Below are positions 47,627 to 59,212 of a stretch of 64,000 nucleotides of DNA, piece by piece. This stretch comes from Bacteroidales bacterium (GTDB taxonomy: Bacteria > Bacteroidota > Bacteroidia > Bacteroidales > VadinHA17): positions 4,308 through 68,307 of the forward strand of contig JAGNKY010000012.1 of assembly GCA_017999895.1 (NCBI GenBank), in the 5' to 3' direction. How positions within the stretch are numbered: the stretch's first letter is position 1; every line of letters starts with the position of its first letter. The position numbers were made by a program, and so were the translations under genes. The notes beneath the pieces are model-generated. The model was not told where the DNA came from, searched no databases, and saw only the letters and a list, made by a program, of their open reading frames with translations.

Positions 47627-49453
47627 ATGAAAATAAAACTCAGAAGTTCTGTCTCCACACAGGGAAGGAATATGGCCGGAGCAAGAAGCCTCTGGCGGGC
47701 AAATGGAATGAAGGAAGAACAATTTGGAAAACCCATATTTGCCGTTGTTAATTCTTTCTCTCAATTAGCTCCAGGTCATGTGCATCTGCAGAAAGCCGGT
47801 GAAATAATAAGAAATCATATCCGAAATCAGGGCTTTTTCGCTGCAGAATTCAATACCATTGCAATTGACGACGGAATTGCAATGGGCCATAATGGGATGC
47901 TCTACTCGCTCCCATCCCGTGAACTAATCGCTGACAGTATCGAATATATGATAAATGCTCACATGGTCGATGCCATGATATGCATCACTAACTGTGACAA
48001 AATCACACCCGGTATGCTTATGGCTGCAATGAGGCTAAATATCCCCACTGTGATTGTATCGGGAGGCCCGATGGAAGCAGGTTCGCATAACAATACATAT
48101 ATAGATCTTATAGATGCAATGGTTGCTGCTGCCGATGACAATGTAAGCGACATGGAACTTCTTCAGATTGAAAAATCTGCCTGTCCTACCTGCGGCTCAT
48201 GCTCAGGGATGTTTACTGCAAACTCCATGAACTGCCTCTCTGAAGCAATCGGTCTTGCTCTCCCTGGGAACGGAACAGTGCTCGCTACTCATAAAAACAG
48301 ACACTTGCTTTTTGAAAAAGCCGCTGATACAATCGTAAAAAATACAGTAAAATATTATTACGATGGAGACGAATCGGTATTACCACGTTCAATAGCAACA
48401 AAAGAAGCGTTTATGAACGCTATGGCTCTCGATATTGCAATGGGCGGGTCAACAAACACGGTATTGCACCTTCTCGCAATAGCTCGCGAAGCAGAAGTTG
48501 ATTTTACCATGAACGACATTGACGCACTTTCGCGCAAAATACCAAATATCTGTAAAGTGGCTCCCAGTTCAAAATACCATGTGCAGGATGTAAACCGTGC
48601 AGGTGGAATTCTTTCGATAATGGGAGAACTTGAAAAAAATAACCTTATAAACTCTGCAGTGAAAAGAGTTGATTACCCTTCTCTGCATGATGCAATATCT
48701 GAATGGGACATTTTGAGTGAAAAAGTGATTCCGCTGGCAATTCAGTTTTATAAAAGTGCTCCTTCAACAGAAAAAAGTTCGGAAGGCGGTTTCAGTAATT
48801 CAATCTATAAAGAATTGGATACAGATCGTCATTCCGGTTGCATCAGAGACATAAGTCACGCGTACACCAGCGATGGAGGCCTTGCAGTTTTGTATGGAAA
48901 TATTGCATCAAAAGGCTGCATTGTAAAAACAGCCGGAGTGGATCAGTCTCTTTTTACATTCAGAGGCCCGGCAATAATTTTTGATTCGCAGGAAGAAGCA
49001 GTCTCTGGCATACTTGGAGGGAAAGTTAAACCAGGCGATGTTGTGGTAATAAGATTCGAAGGGCCAAAAGGAGGACCCGGAATGCAGGAAATGCTTTACC
49101 CTACTTCATACCTCAAATCAAAAGGCCTTGGTACAAAATGTGCGTTGATAACCGACGGACGTTTTTCAGGAGGAACAGCAGGATTATCAATAGGTCATAT
49201 TTCTCCCGAAGCCGCTTCCGGCGGCGAAATCGCTCTTCTGCATCAAGGAGATATTATCGAAATCAATATCCCTGAAAGAACAATAAATGTCTTACTCGAT
49301 AATACCGAAATCGAAAGACGACGAAAACAAGAAGAAGAGAAAGGGGTCGAAGCATGGAAACCGGTTTCGAGAGAAAGAAATATACCTGCTTCGCTAAGAG
49401 CTTATGCAGCACATGTATCCTCAGCCGATATGGGAGCGGTAAGGATAATATAA
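47627..49453 (+). CDS. ilvD: Dihydroxy-acid dehydratase
   Basis: 608 aa. Evidence: [23 protein letters not shown], the [11 protein letters not shown] motif, and a cluster Cys context ([19 protein letters not shown]). Confidence 0.95.
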   Translation: MKIKLRSSVSTQGRNMAGARSLWRANGMKEEQFGKPIFAVVNSFSQLAPGHVHLQKAGEIIRNHIRNQGFFAAEFNTIAIDDGIAMGHNGMLYSLPSRELIADSIEYMINAHMVDAMICITNCDKITPGMLMAAMRLNIPTVIVSGGPMEAGSHNNTYIDLIDAMVAAADDNVSDMELLQIEKSACPTCGSCSGMFTANSMNCLSEAIGLALPGNGTVLATHKNRHLLFEKAADTIVKNTVKYYYDGDESVLPRSIATKEAFMNAMALDIAMGGSTNTVLHLLAIAREAEVDFTMNDIDALSRKIPNICKVAPSSKYHVQDVNRAGGILSIMGELEKNNLINSAVKRVDYPSLHDAISEWDILSEKVIPLAIQFYKSAPSTEKSSEGGFSNSIYKELDTDRHSGCIRDISHAYTSDGGLAVLYGNIASKGCIVKTAGVDQSLFTFRGPAIIFDSQEEAVSGILGGKVKPGDVVVIRFEGPKGGPGMQEMLYPTSYLKSKGLGTKCALITDGRFSGGTAGLSIGHISPEAASGGEIALLHQGDIIEINIPERTINVLLDNTEIERRRKQEEEKGVEAWKPVSRERNIPASLRAYAAHVSSADMGAVRII

Positions 49454-49481
49454 GGAAAAAGGAAAAAGGAAAAAGGAAAAA
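49454..49481. repeat. Tandem heptamer (GGAAAAA)x4
   Basis: Four perfect units read directly, starting right after the ilvD stop. They lie 40 nt upstream of ilvB. Confidence 0.85.
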
Positions 49482-49521
49482 GTCATAACTATAAAAAAGA
49501 AACCAGAAAAAAAAACATTTT

Positions 49522-51252
49522 ATGTCTGACAGTGAAAAAAAATCTTTCGATGGGAACGTGCCCGAACAAATTACAGGAGCGGAAGCAGTTCTAAGAAGCT
49601 TAATAGCTGAAGGCATTAATACTATCTTTGGCTATCCGGGCGGTGCAATTATACCGATATATGACCACCTGCTTAATTTTCAGGACAAAATAAGACATAT
49701 ACTTGCACGTCACGAGCAGGGAGCAGCGCATGCTGCACAAGCTTACGCAATGGTAACAGGGAAACCGGGTGTTTGCTTCACAACTTCGGGGCCTGGAGCT
49801 ACGAACCTTGTAACAGGAATTGCAAATGCTTTCCTCGATTCTGTGCCGGTTATTTTCATCACAGCACAAGTCGTTTCAGGCCTTATCGGTACCGATGCGT
49901 TTCAGGAAACAGATATAATCGGTATTTCAATGCCAATAACCAAATGGAATTGCCAGGTAAAAAGAGCCGAGGATATTCCGTCAGCAATAGCCAGAGCATT
50001 CTATATAGCAACTACTGGCAGACCTGGACCTGTTTTACTCGACATTACAAAAGATGCCCAGACTGAAAAAATGAATTTCAGTTACAAAAAATGTACTTAC
50101 ATTCGAAGCTACCACCCACACAAGCCTTTGAAAACAAAAGAAATTGAATCGGCTGCAATACTTATAAACCATGCCGAAAGACCATTGATTATGGCAGGAC
50201 ATGGAATACTCATCTCTAAAGCTGAAAGAGAGCTAAAAGAGTTTGCCGAAAAAACAGGTATTCCTGTTGCCGTAACACTTCTCGGCCTTTCATGCTTCCC
50301 TACTAATCATAAACTCTATGTCGGGCTGCTCGGGATGCATGGAAATGTAGGCCCAAATAAGCTCACTAACGAGGCAGATTTGATAATAGCTATAGGCATG
50401 CGATTCGACGACCGTGTTACCGGCGATTTGATGAGATATGCACAACAAGCAAAAATAATCCATATCGAAATTGACGAAGCCGAAATAAACAAAAACGTTA
50501 ATGTAGATATTGAAATAAACAATGATGCCGCCGAAGTTCTGAGATATCTTATCCCTATCGTAAATCAAAATTCACATGAGCGATGGCTAAGAGAATTCAG
50601 AGTATGCGACAAAATAGAGTATGACACGGTGATAAAGCCGGAAATTAAACCTAAATCAGGTCCCATTAAAATGGGAGAAGTAGTAAATGCTATTTCAGAA
50701 CTCACACAGGGAAGTTCAATAATTGTTACAGATGTGGGACAAAACCAGATGTCGGTAGCTCGTTATTACAAATTCACAGAACCAAATACATTTGTTACAT
50801 CCGGGGGGATGGGAACAATGGGTTTCGGACTGCCCGCTTCAATAGGAGCAAAGATTGGAAGACCCGAGAAACAGGTAATTGCTTTCCTTGGTGACGGCGG
50901 ATTCCAGATGACAATACAGGAACTTGGCACTATATTACATTATAAAATACCGGTCAAACTAATAATTCTCAATAATTTTTTCCTGGGTATGGTAAGACAG
51001 TGGCAAGATATGTTCTTCAACAAAAGATATGCATCAACCGAACTTGTAAACCCCGATTTTGTTAAAGTTGCCGAAGGATACAATATTCCGGGAAAACGAG
51101 TATCAACAAGAGAAGAACTTATACCGGCAATAAATACAATGCTAAATAGCGAAAGCGCTTATCTGCTCGAAGTAATGGTAGAAAAAGAAGGTACCGTTAT
51201 GCCAATGGTGGAACCTGGCGCTTCAGTATCGGAAGTAAAAATTAAAAAATAA
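49522..51252 (+). CDS. ilvB: Acetolactate synthase, large (catalytic) subunit
   Basis: 576 aa ThDP enzyme. Evidence: GAEAVLRSLIAEGINTIFGYPGGAI, HEQGAAHAA, and the ThDP motif GDGGFQMTIQELGT...NN. Confidence 0.95.
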   Translation: MSDSEKKSFDGNVPEQITGAEAVLRSLIAEGINTIFGYPGGAIIPIYDHLLNFQDKIRHILARHEQGAAHAAQAYAMVTGKPGVCFTTSGPGATNLVTGIANAFLDSVPVIFITAQVVSGLIGTDAFQETDIIGISMPITKWNCQVKRAEDIPSAIARAFYIATTGRPGPVLLDITKDAQTEKMNFSYKKCTYIRSYHPHKPLKTKEIESAAILINHAERPLIMAGHGILISKAERELKEFAEKTGIPVAVTLLGLSCFPTNHKLYVGLLGMHGNVGPNKLTNEADLIIAIGMRFDDRVTGDLMRYAQQAKIIHIEIDEAEINKNVNVDIEINNDAAEVLRYLIPIVNQNSHERWLREFRVCDKIEYDTVIKPEIKPKSGPIKMGEVVNAISELTQGSSIIVTDVGQNQMSVARYYKFTEPNTFVTSGGMGTMGFGLPASIGAKIGRPEKQVIAFLGDGGFQMTIQELGTILHYKIPVKLIILNNFFLGMVRQWQDMFFNKRYASTELVNPDFVKVAEGYNIPGKRVSTREELIPAINTMLNSESAYLLEVMVEKEGTVMPMVEPGASVSEVKIKK

Positions 51253-51818
51253 TGAAAAAAGAATTCACACTTTCAATTTTTACAGAGAATCGAATAGGAA
51301 TTCTCAACCAGATAACGATCATTATGACGCGCAGGCAGATTAATATCGAGAGTGTTACCTCTTCAGAATCTGCAGTAAAAGGAATTCAACTTATAACCCT
51401 TGTAGTCAGAACAACAGACGATATGATAAGAAAAGTCGCACGACAAATAGAAAAAATAATTGATGTAGTAAAAGTCTTCGTTCATAACCCTGAAGAAATA
51501 GTCTATCAGGAAATTGCTCTTTTCAAGGTATCGACAAAATCTCTTCTTACAGGAGACATAATTGACCACCTTGTCAGATCGCATAATATTAGATTTCTTG
51601 ATATTACTTCCGAGTACATGGTCATTGAAAAAACCGGACATAAAAATGAAATAATTCGACTTCTTAACGAACTCGAACCTTTCGGTATCCTGCAATATGC
51701 CAGATCGGGCAGGGTAGCAATCACTAAACAGGTAAAAGAGTTAGATGCTTACCTTAAAGAAATGGATGAAATACTTCATAATGAAAATGAAAAAGAAGAA
51801 TTTGAAATGATTAAATGA
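51252..51818 (+). CDS. ilvN: Acetolactate synthase, small (regulatory) subunit
   Basis: 188 aa. It has an ACT-domain start (FTLSIFTENRIGILNQITIIMTRRQINIESV). Its start overlaps the ilvB stop by 1 nt. Confidence 0.9.
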   Translation: MKKEFTLSIFTENRIGILNQITIIMTRRQINIESVTSSESAVKGIQLITLVVRTTDDMIRKVARQIEKIIDVVKVFVHNPEEIVYQEIALFKVSTKSLLTGDIIDHLVRSHNIRFLDITSEYMVIEKTGHKNEIIRLLNELEPFGILQYARSGRVAITKQVKELDAYLKEMDEILHNENEKEEFEMIK

Positions 51819-51928
51819 CTGATAAAGAATCTCCGGCATTCAATTTCCCATGTTAAAATAAACTTTTTTAATCTATCGGGGTGTTTTGAATCAGACCGGG
51901 TAATGTAAAACCAATAAAACTAATAAAT

Positions 51929-52978
51929 ATGGCAAAAATTGATTTCGGTGGTGTTATCGAAGATGTGGTTACAAGAGAAGAGTTTCCTCTCTCGAAAGCA
52001 CGTAAAGTGCTTAAAAATGAACTTATTGCAGTAATTGGTTATGGCGTTCAAGGCCCTGCACAAGCCCTTAATATGAAAGATAACGGCTTAAATGTAATCG
52101 TAGGTCAGGCGCCTGAATTCAAAAATGACTGGGACAGAGCAGTCTCCGACGGATTTGTTCCTGGAAAAACTCTTTTCCCTATCACCGAAGCTGCTTCCAG
52201 AGGAACAATTATCATGTACCTCGTTTCCGATGCGGCACAGAGATTACTCTGGCCCGAACTGAAAAATTGCCTCAAAAGGGGCGATGCTCTTTATTTCTCA
52301 CATGGCTTTTCAATAACTTACAAGGAGCAGACTGGAGTTATACCTCCTCCTGATATTGATGTTATTCTTGTCGCTCCTAAAGGCTCAGGAACAAGCGTGC
52401 GTCGCAATTTCCTGGCCGGAACAGGAATAAACTCGAGCTACTCTGTTTATCAGGACTATACGGGAAGAGCTACCGATAGAGTGCTGGCCCTCGGAATTGC
52501 AGTAGGCTCGGGTTACCTTTTCCCAACAACTTTCGAAAAAGAAGTATATAGTGACCTTACAGGAGAACGAGGAGTGCTTATGGGAGCACTTGCAGGAATT
52601 ATGGATGCACAATATCAGATCCTAAGAGATAATGGTCACTCTCCTTCAGAAGCATTCAACGAAACAGTGGAAGAACTTACACAAAGTCTAATCCGACTTG
52701 TTGATGAAAAAGGCATGGATTATATGTATGCAAACTGCAGTGCAACTGCACAGCGTGGCGCTCTCGACTGGAGACCAAGATTCAGGGATGCCGTCTTGCC
52801 TGTATTCAAAGAGCTGTATGAAAGTGTGAAAACAGGCAAAGAAACGGAAAGAGTTATACAGGCACTGAGCAATCCTAATTATAAAGACCTTCTCGATGCC
52901 GAACTGAGAGAACTACGGGATTCCGAAATGTGGAGAGCAGGAGCTGCAGTAAGGAAATTAAGACCCGGTAATAAATAA
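51929..52978 (+). CDS. ilvC: Ketol-acid reductoisomerase (class I)
   Basis: 349 aa. Evidence: AVIGYGVQGPAQALNMKDNGLNV, the SHGF motif, and LTGERGVLMG. Confidence 0.95.
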   Translation: MAKIDFGGVIEDVVTREEFPLSKARKVLKNELIAVIGYGVQGPAQALNMKDNGLNVIVGQAPEFKNDWDRAVSDGFVPGKTLFPITEAASRGTIIMYLVSDAAQRLLWPELKNCLKRGDALYFSHGFSITYKEQTGVIPPPDIDVILVAPKGSGTSVRRNFLAGTGINSSYSVYQDYTGRATDRVLALGIAVGSGYLFPTTFEKEVYSDLTGERGVLMGALAGIMDAQYQILRDNGHSPSEAFNETVEELTQSLIRLVDEKGMDYMYANCSATAQRGALDWRPRFRDAVLPVFKELYESVKTGKETERVIQALSNPNYKDLLDAELRELRDSEMWRAGAAVRKLRPGNK

Positions 52979-52990
52979 ATATAAAAGATA

Positions 52991-54484
52991 ATGGAAGAGA
53001 AAATAATTATTTTCGACACCACACTGCGCGATGGTGAACAAGTTCCTGGTTGCCAGCTCAACACCATAGAAAAAATTCAGGTGGCAAAAGCTCTTGAAGA
53101 ACTTGGAGTTGACGTTATCGAAGCCGGCTTCCCTGTTTCAAGCCCGGGTGATTTTAACTCCGTGGTCGAAATATCAAAATCAATATCGGAACCAATTATC
53201 TGTGCACTTACCAGAGCAGTGAAAAAAGACATAGAGGTGGCTGCCGAAGCCCTTCAGTATGCAAAACGCAAAAGAATTCATACTGGAATCGGCGTCTCTC
53301 CTTATCATATCGAATACAAACTTAAAACAACACCCGATGAAATAATCAAAAGAGCATCAGATGCTGTCAGATATGCACGGAAATTTGTTGATGACGTCGA
53401 ATTCTATGCTGAAGATGCAGGAAGAACTGATAACGAATACCTTGCGAAGGTGATCGAGGCAGTAATAGATGCAGGTGCCACTGTAGTAAATATACCGGAT
53501 ACTACAGGATATTGCCTCCCTGTTGAATACGGGGAAAAAATCAAATACCTGAAGGACAATGTACCAAACATAGATAAGGCCATCATTTCCACACACTGCC
53601 ATAACGACCTCGGAATGGCAACTGCAAATACAATCATGGGAATTCTGAACGGGGCACGCCAGGCCGAGGTTACAATAAACGGCGTGGGCGAAAGAGCAGG
53701 CAACACCTCCCTCGAAGAGGTCGTAATGACGTTGAAAAGCCACAAAAATCTAAAATTTGTAACCGGCATCAACACACAGCTCATATACAAAACCAGCCGT
53801 CTCGTCTCAACATTGATGAATATGCCTGTCCAGCCAAACAAAGCAATTGTCGGCCGTAATGCATTCGCCCATTCCTCAGGTATCCACCAGGACGGCGTAC
53901 TGAAGAAAAGAGAAAACTACGAAATTATCAACCCTGTTGAGGTCGGCGTAAGAGAATCATCTATCATCCTCTCCGCACGCAGCGGACGAGCAGCTCTTAA
54001 CCACAGACTCGAACTTCTTGGATACAAATTCAACAAGGAAGAGCTTGACGATATATACTACCGCTTCCTTAAACTCGCCGACAAGAAAAAAATTATAAAC
54101 GATGATGACATTAAGATACTTACCGGAGAGGTGACTCAGGGTGAAAAACCTCTGCGACTCGAGCTCCTGCAAGTGTCATGTGGCAAATCATTAATACCTG
54201 TTGCTACAGTCGGACTCTGGATAAACGGAGAAATTCACACAGCCACTGCAACAGGTAATGGCCCTATAGACGCCGCATTTACTGCTGTACGACAACTTAT
54301 TAATAAAACGGTACATCTCGAAGAATTCCTTATTCAGGCTATTACAAGGGGTAGTGATGATATCGGAAAGGTACATATACAGGTTGAACATCAAGGGAAA
54401 ATATATTACGGATTCTCTGCTAATACTGACATCATTACAGCCTCGGTTGAAGCTTTAATTGACGCAATAGCTAAAATTAAGTAA
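52991..54484 (+). CDS. leuA: 2-isopropylmalate synthase
   Basis: 497 aa. Evidence: [35 protein letters not shown], and a C-terminal LeuA regulatory domain. Confidence 0.9.
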   Translation: MEEKIIIFDTTLRDGEQVPGCQLNTIEKIQVAKALEELGVDVIEAGFPVSSPGDFNSVVEISKSISEPIICALTRAVKKDIEVAAEALQYAKRKRIHTGIGVSPYHIEYKLKTTPDEIIKRASDAVRYARKFVDDVEFYAEDAGRTDNEYLAKVIEAVIDAGATVVNIPDTTGYCLPVEYGEKIKYLKDNVPNIDKAIISTHCHNDLGMATANTIMGILNGARQAEVTINGVGERAGNTSLEEVVMTLKSHKNLKFVTGINTQLIYKTSRLVSTLMNMPVQPNKAIVGRNAFAHSSGIHQDGVLKKRENYEIINPVEVGVRESSIILSARSGRAALNHRLELLGYKFNKEELDDIYYRFLKLADKKKIINDDDIKILTGEVTQGEKPLRLELLQVSCGKSLIPVATVGLWINGEIHTATATGNGPIDAAFTAVRQLINKTVHLEEFLIQAITRGSDDIGKVHIQVEHQGKIYYGFSANTDIITASVEALIDAIAKIK

Positions 54485-54497
54485 ACCATTTTCAATT

Positions 54498-55895
54498 ATG
54501 AGTTCAAAAACTCTTTTTGATAAAATATGGGATGCCCACGTCGTCTATTCAATCGAAGGAGGACCCGACGTCCTCTATATCGATATGCATTACATTCACG
54601 AAGTGACTAGCCCTCAAGCCTTTAACGGACTCAGAAATAGAGGCATAAAAGTATTCCGACCTGAAAGAACCCTTGCAACTGCCGATCATAATATCCCTAC
54701 AAAAGATCAGCACCTGCCAATACGAGATGAAATTTCAAGAAACCAGGTCGAAACTCTCGAGAAAAACTGCAGGGAGTTCGGAATAAAGTTTTTCGGAATG
54801 CAACATCCTAATAATGGAATCGTCCATGTTATTGGTCCAGAACTTGGTTTTACACGACCTGGTATGACGATTGTATGCGGCGACAGCCATACCTCAACTC
54901 ACGGTGCCTTCGGTTCGATTGCTTTCGGAATCGGCACTTCCGAGGTGGAAATGGTACTTGCTTCCCAATGCATACTCCAAAATCGACCACGGGTGATGAG
55001 AATAAGTGTAAATGGTACACTTCCACATGCAACCACTGCCAAAGATATAATAATGTTTATCATCTCGCGCCTTTCTTCCGGCGGAGCTACAGGCTATTTT
55101 ATAGAATATGCCGGACAGGCTATCGAAAGCCTCAGTATGGAAGGTAGAATGACCGTGTGTAATATGAGTATTGAAATGGGAGCCCGCGGGGGCCTTATTG
55201 CACCCGATAACAAAACAATCGATTACGTTAAGAAAAGCTCCAAAATCTCAGGTATTGAAATCACGGAAAATGAAATAAGAAACTGGGAAAATCTTAAATC
55301 GGACAATGGAGCCAGTTTTGACAGGGAAGTGGAATTCGACGCAGGCGAAATAAAACCTATGATAACATTCGGAACAAATCCGGGTATGGCAATAGCTGTT
55401 GATGATGTCATTCCTGAACCTTCCGAAAATAAAAAAGAAGCAACATCATTTATGAAAGCTCTTGAATATATGGGCTTCAAACCAGGCATGAAACTCGAGG
55501 GACATAAAATAGATTATGTTTTCCTCGGTAGTTGTACAAATGGACGCATTGAGGACTTCAGAGCATTTGCTTCGGTTATCAAAGGAAGAAAAAAATCTCC
55601 CGATGTGACTGCATTGATAGTCCCGGGCTCAAAAAGAGTTGAAGCTCAAATTTTTGAAGAAGGCCTTGATAAAATATACAGAGAAGCCGGTTTTGAAATA
55701 CGACAGCCCGGATGCTCATCATGTCTCGCAATGAACGATGATAAAATACCTGCAGGAAAATATTCTGTTTCAACTTCAAACAGAAATTTTGAGGGCAGGC
55801 AGGGTCCCGGCGCCAGAACAATACTTGCAAGCCCTCTTACTGCCGCCGCATGCGCTATAACCGGTGAAATAACCGATCCACGAAATTTTTTATAA
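54498..55895 (+). CDS. leuC: 3-isopropylmalate dehydratase, large subunit
   Basis: 465 aa aconitase-family protein. Evidence: [36 protein letters not shown], and the cluster Cys context [10 protein letters not shown]. Confidence 0.95.
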   Translation: MSSKTLFDKIWDAHVVYSIEGGPDVLYIDMHYIHEVTSPQAFNGLRNRGIKVFRPERTLATADHNIPTKDQHLPIRDEISRNQVETLEKNCREFGIKFFGMQHPNNGIVHVIGPELGFTRPGMTIVCGDSHTSTHGAFGSIAFGIGTSEVEMVLASQCILQNRPRVMRISVNGTLPHATTAKDIIMFIISRLSSGGATGYFIEYAGQAIESLSMEGRMTVCNMSIEMGARGGLIAPDNKTIDYVKKSSKISGIEITENEIRNWENLKSDNGASFDREVEFDAGEIKPMITFGTNPGMAIAVDDVIPEPSENKKEATSFMKALEYMGFKPGMKLEGHKIDYVFLGSCTNGRIEDFRAFASVIKGRKKSPDVTALIVPGSKRVEAQIFEEGLDKIYREAGFEIRQPGCSSCLAMNDDKIPAGKYSVSTSNRNFEGRQGPGARTILASPLTAAACAITGEITDPRNFL

Positions 55896-55915
55896 CAATT
55901 TTTAATCAGAAAACA

Positions 55916-56515
55916 ATGCCAGGAGTAAAATTTACAACACTCGAATCAACATGCGTGCCTCTTCCGGTTGAAAACATCGATACAGATCAGATAATTCCTG
56001 CAAGATATCTGAGCGCTACATCCAGAGAAGGTTTCGGGGAAAAGCTATTCTATGACTGGCGCTACGACAAGGATGGGAAACCAGTAACGAGCTTCGTTCT
56101 TAATAACCCTCTTTATTCAGGTTCTATTCTTGTGGCAGGAAGGAACTTCGGGTGCGGCTCAAGTCGTGAACATGCCGTATGGGCATTATACGACTACGGC
56201 TTCAGAGTAGTAATATCGAGTTTTTTTGCCGACATCTTCAAAAACAATGCCCTCAACAACGGACTTCTGCCAATTGTCATTCCAGACGAAGATCTCGAAA
56301 ATCTCTTTATGCTCATCCAGAAAGATCCCGGCATGAAAGTAAAAATCACTCTTGAACATCAACTCCTCGAGATACCAAAAATCGGAAAGGCAATCAGGTT
56401 CGACATAAATCCTTATAAAAAAGAGTGCCTGCTTAAGGGACTCGACGATATTGACTATCTGCTTGGATTAAAAGATAAAATTGAAGAGTTTGAAAGAAAC
56501 CGATTACGAAAATGA
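55916..56515 (+). CDS. leuD: 3-isopropylmalate dehydratase, small subunit
   Basis: 199 aa. Evidence: [13 protein letters not shown] and [13 protein letters not shown]. Confidence 0.95.
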   Translation: MPGVKFTTLESTCVPLPVENIDTDQIIPARYLSATSREGFGEKLFYDWRYDKDGKPVTSFVLNNPLYSGSILVAGRNFGCGSSREHAVWALYDYGFRVVISSFFADIFKNNALNNGLLPIVIPDEDLENLFMLIQKDPGMKVKITLEHQLLEIPKIGKAIRFDINPYKKECLLKGLDDIDYLLGLKDKIEEFERNRLRK

Positions 56516-58071
56516 AAATAGAAATCATGGATACCACTCTGCGCGATGGGGAGCAAATGCAGGGGGTATCTTATACTCCGTTTGAAAAGCTTCATATTGC
56601 CTCTCTCCTTCTAAAGGATCTGAGGGTTGATCGCATCGAAATTGCATCGGCACGTGTCTCAAAGGGCGAATTCGAAGCTGCCTGTAAAATTGCAGAATGG
56701 GCAGCACAAAACGATATGTTACAGAAAGTGGAAGTGCTCGGCTTTGTTGACGGCGATATTTCACTCAAATGGATAAAAAAAGCCGGATTAAAGGTGGTAA
56801 ACCTCCTCTCTAAAGGCTCATTGAGACATCTCAAAGAGCAACTCCGCAAGACTCCTGAACAGCATGTCGACGAAATTAGACAGGTTATTAAAATAGCCGG
56901 CGAAATGGGTATATCAGTTAATATTTATTTCGAAGACTGGTCAAACGGAATGATACACTCACCCGACTATGTCCATTTTATGATGGAGTCGCTCAAAAAT
57001 GAAAATGTGCTCCGATTCATGCTCCCCGACACCCTTGGGATACTAAACCCTGACCAGACTTACGAGTTTTGTTCGATAATGATAAAAAGATATCCCGGCC
57101 TCCATTTTGATTTCCACCCGCACAACGACTATGATCTTGCAGTTGCAAATGTCTTTTCTGCCCTTAAAGCTGGCGTAAAAGGTGTACATACTACTGTGAA
57201 CGGCCTCGGCGAACGCGCCGGTAATGCTCCTCTTTCAAGCGTCGTTGCAGTTATTAAAGACCAGCTTGGATTTGAAACAAATATTGATGAAGCAGCTATC
57301 ACAAAAGTGAGCCGGGTAGTCGAATCATACAGCGGAATAAGAATTCCTGAGAATAAACCTGTAATCGGTGAAAACGTATTCACGCAAACTTCCGGTATTC
57401 ATGCCGACGGCGACAGCAAGGCAAATCTCTATTTTAATAACCTCCTGCCAGAACGCTTCGGAAGAAAAAGAAAATACGCTCTCGGAAAGCTCTCAGGTAA
57501 AGCAACTATACGAAAGAACCTCGAAGAATTCGGACTAAACCTTCCTCCCGAATCAATCGAACGTGTTACACGACGAGTTATAGAACTTGGCGACAAAAAA
57601 GAAATTGTAACAACTGAAGACCTTCCTTTTATCATTTCAGATGTGCTCGGCGATGATAAAATAAATAATTACAAAGTAAGAATAATAAACTATTCACTTG
57701 CAACTTCACAAGGCATAAGGCCCGTGGCAGGCGTATTTATTGAAATTGAGGGACAGCCTTATGAAGAAACGTCTCTCGGCGACGGCCAGTACGATGCTTT
57801 CATGAAAGCCTTACGAAAAATATATGAACGGATAGGAAAAGAGTTGCCCATACTTACCGATTATAAAGTTTCAATACCTCCCGGCGGCAGAACCGATGCC
57901 CTGGTCGAAACAGTTATTTCATGGAATTACAGAGGGATGGAATTCAGAACAAAAGGACTCGATGCCGATCAGGTTGCATCTGCAATAAAAGCCACGGAAA
58001 AAATGCTTAACATTATCGAAAACCCAGAATCAAATAAAAAATTCATGTCTTCTTTTTCCGACAAAAAATAA
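56512..58071 (+). CDS. Second LeuA-family synthase, citramalate-synthase-like (CimA-like)
   Basis: 519 aa. Evidence: [34 protein letters not shown], and a C-terminal LeuA-dimer/regulatory domain. It is clearly diverged from the leuA at 52991 and overlaps the leuD stop by 4 bp. Confidence 0.7.
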   Translation: MKIEIMDTTLRDGEQMQGVSYTPFEKLHIASLLLKDLRVDRIEIASARVSKGEFEAACKIAEWAAQNDMLQKVEVLGFVDGDISLKWIKKAGLKVVNLLSKGSLRHLKEQLRKTPEQHVDEIRQVIKIAGEMGISVNIYFEDWSNGMIHSPDYVHFMMESLKNENVLRFMLPDTLGILNPDQTYEFCSIMIKRYPGLHFDFHPHNDYDLAVANVFSALKAGVKGVHTTVNGLGERAGNAPLSSVVAVIKDQLGFETNIDEAAITKVSRVVESYSGIRIPENKPVIGENVFTQTSGIHADGDSKANLYFNNLLPERFGRKRKYALGKLSGKATIRKNLEEFGLNLPPESIERVTRRVIELGDKKEIVTTEDLPFIISDVLGDDKINNYKVRIINYSLATSQGIRPVAGVFIEIEGQPYEETSLGDGQYDAFMKALRKIYERIGKELPILTDYKVSIPPGGRTDALVETVISWNYRGMEFRTKGLDADQVASAIKATEKMLNIIENPESNKKFMSSFSDKK

Positions 58072-58125
58072 TAATAAGGAAAAAATCAATTTCTTAAATA
58101 ATAAATTATCAATAAAAATAAATTC

Positions 58126-59196
58126 ATGAATAAATCATATAATATCGCTGTAATACCTGGCGACGGCACAGGCCCTGAAGTTGTCAGAGAAGGGAAAAAA
58201 GTGATTGATACTGCCGCTTTAAAGTTCGATTTTAAACTTAATTACCATGAATACGATTTCGGAGGCAATCGCTACTTGAAGACAGGAGAATTACTGCCTG
58301 ATTCGGCTATAGAGGAACTAAAAACATACGACGCAATCCTTCTTGGTGCAATTGGTCATCCCGACGTTAAACCAGGTCTTCTCGAAAAGGGAATATTACT
58401 CAGACTTAGATTCGAACTCGACCAGTACATTAACCTTCGTCCGGTAAAACTCTATCCAGGTGTTAATACCCCATTGAAGGACAAAGGACCCGAGCATATT
58501 AATTACGTTGTTGTAAGAGAAAATAGTGGCGACGTATATACCGGTGCCGGTGGCATTATGATGAAAGGTACTCCTGCTGAAGTTGCAGTACAGAATATGA
58601 TTTACACCCGAATGCAGGTTGATCGTTGCCTCAAATATGCATTTGAATATACCTTAAAAAGGAATAAGAAGAAAACCCTTGCGCTTTGCGGTAAAACTAA
58701 TGTCCTTACTTATGTTTTCGACCTGTGGGAAAGAGCTTTTCATGAAATGGGAAATGCAAAATATCCCGATATAAAACGGGAATATTATCATGTTGACGCA
58801 ACATGTATGTGGATGATAAAAAATCCCGAATGGTTCGATGTTATAGTAACCAGCAATATGTTCGGAGATATAATAACCGACCTTGGTGCTATCACACAGG
58901 GAGGCATGGGTATTGCAGCCGGAGGTAACATTAACCCCGAAGGCGTCTCAATGTTTGAACCTATAGGCGGCTCGGCTCCAAAATATGCAGGCAAAAATGT
59001 GATAAACCCTCTGGCTGCCATTGCAAGTGGCGCTATGATGCTCGAACATCTCGGAGAGGAAAAAGCTGCAACCGCAATAGAAAATGCAATAATGTATGTG
59101 ACAGCAAACAAAATAAAAGATCTGGGCGCAGGCAAAATGGGCTATTCTACAACCGAAGTCGGAGATATGGTGGCTGAGAGAGTACAATTGGAATAA
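58126..59196 (+). CDS. leuB: 3-isopropylmalate dehydrogenase
   Basis: 356 aa. Evidence: IAVIPGDGTGPEV, NLRPVK, NMFGDIITDL, and GGSAPKYAGKNVINP. Confidence 0.9.
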   Translation: MNKSYNIAVIPGDGTGPEVVREGKKVIDTAALKFDFKLNYHEYDFGGNRYLKTGELLPDSAIEELKTYDAILLGAIGHPDVKPGLLEKGILLRLRFELDQYINLRPVKLYPGVNTPLKDKGPEHINYVVVRENSGDVYTGAGGIMMKGTPAEVAVQNMIYTRMQVDRCLKYAFEYTLKRNKKKTLALCGKTNVLTYVFDLWERAFHEMGNAKYPDIKREYYHVDATCMWMIKNPEWFDVIVTSNMFGDIITDLGAITQGGMGIAAGGNINPEGVSMFEPIGGSAPKYAGKNVINPLAAIASGAMMLEHLGEEKAATAIENAIMYVTANKIKDLGAGKMGYSTTEVGDMVAERVQLE

Positions 59197-59212
59197 CAAT
59201 TTATTAAGGAAA

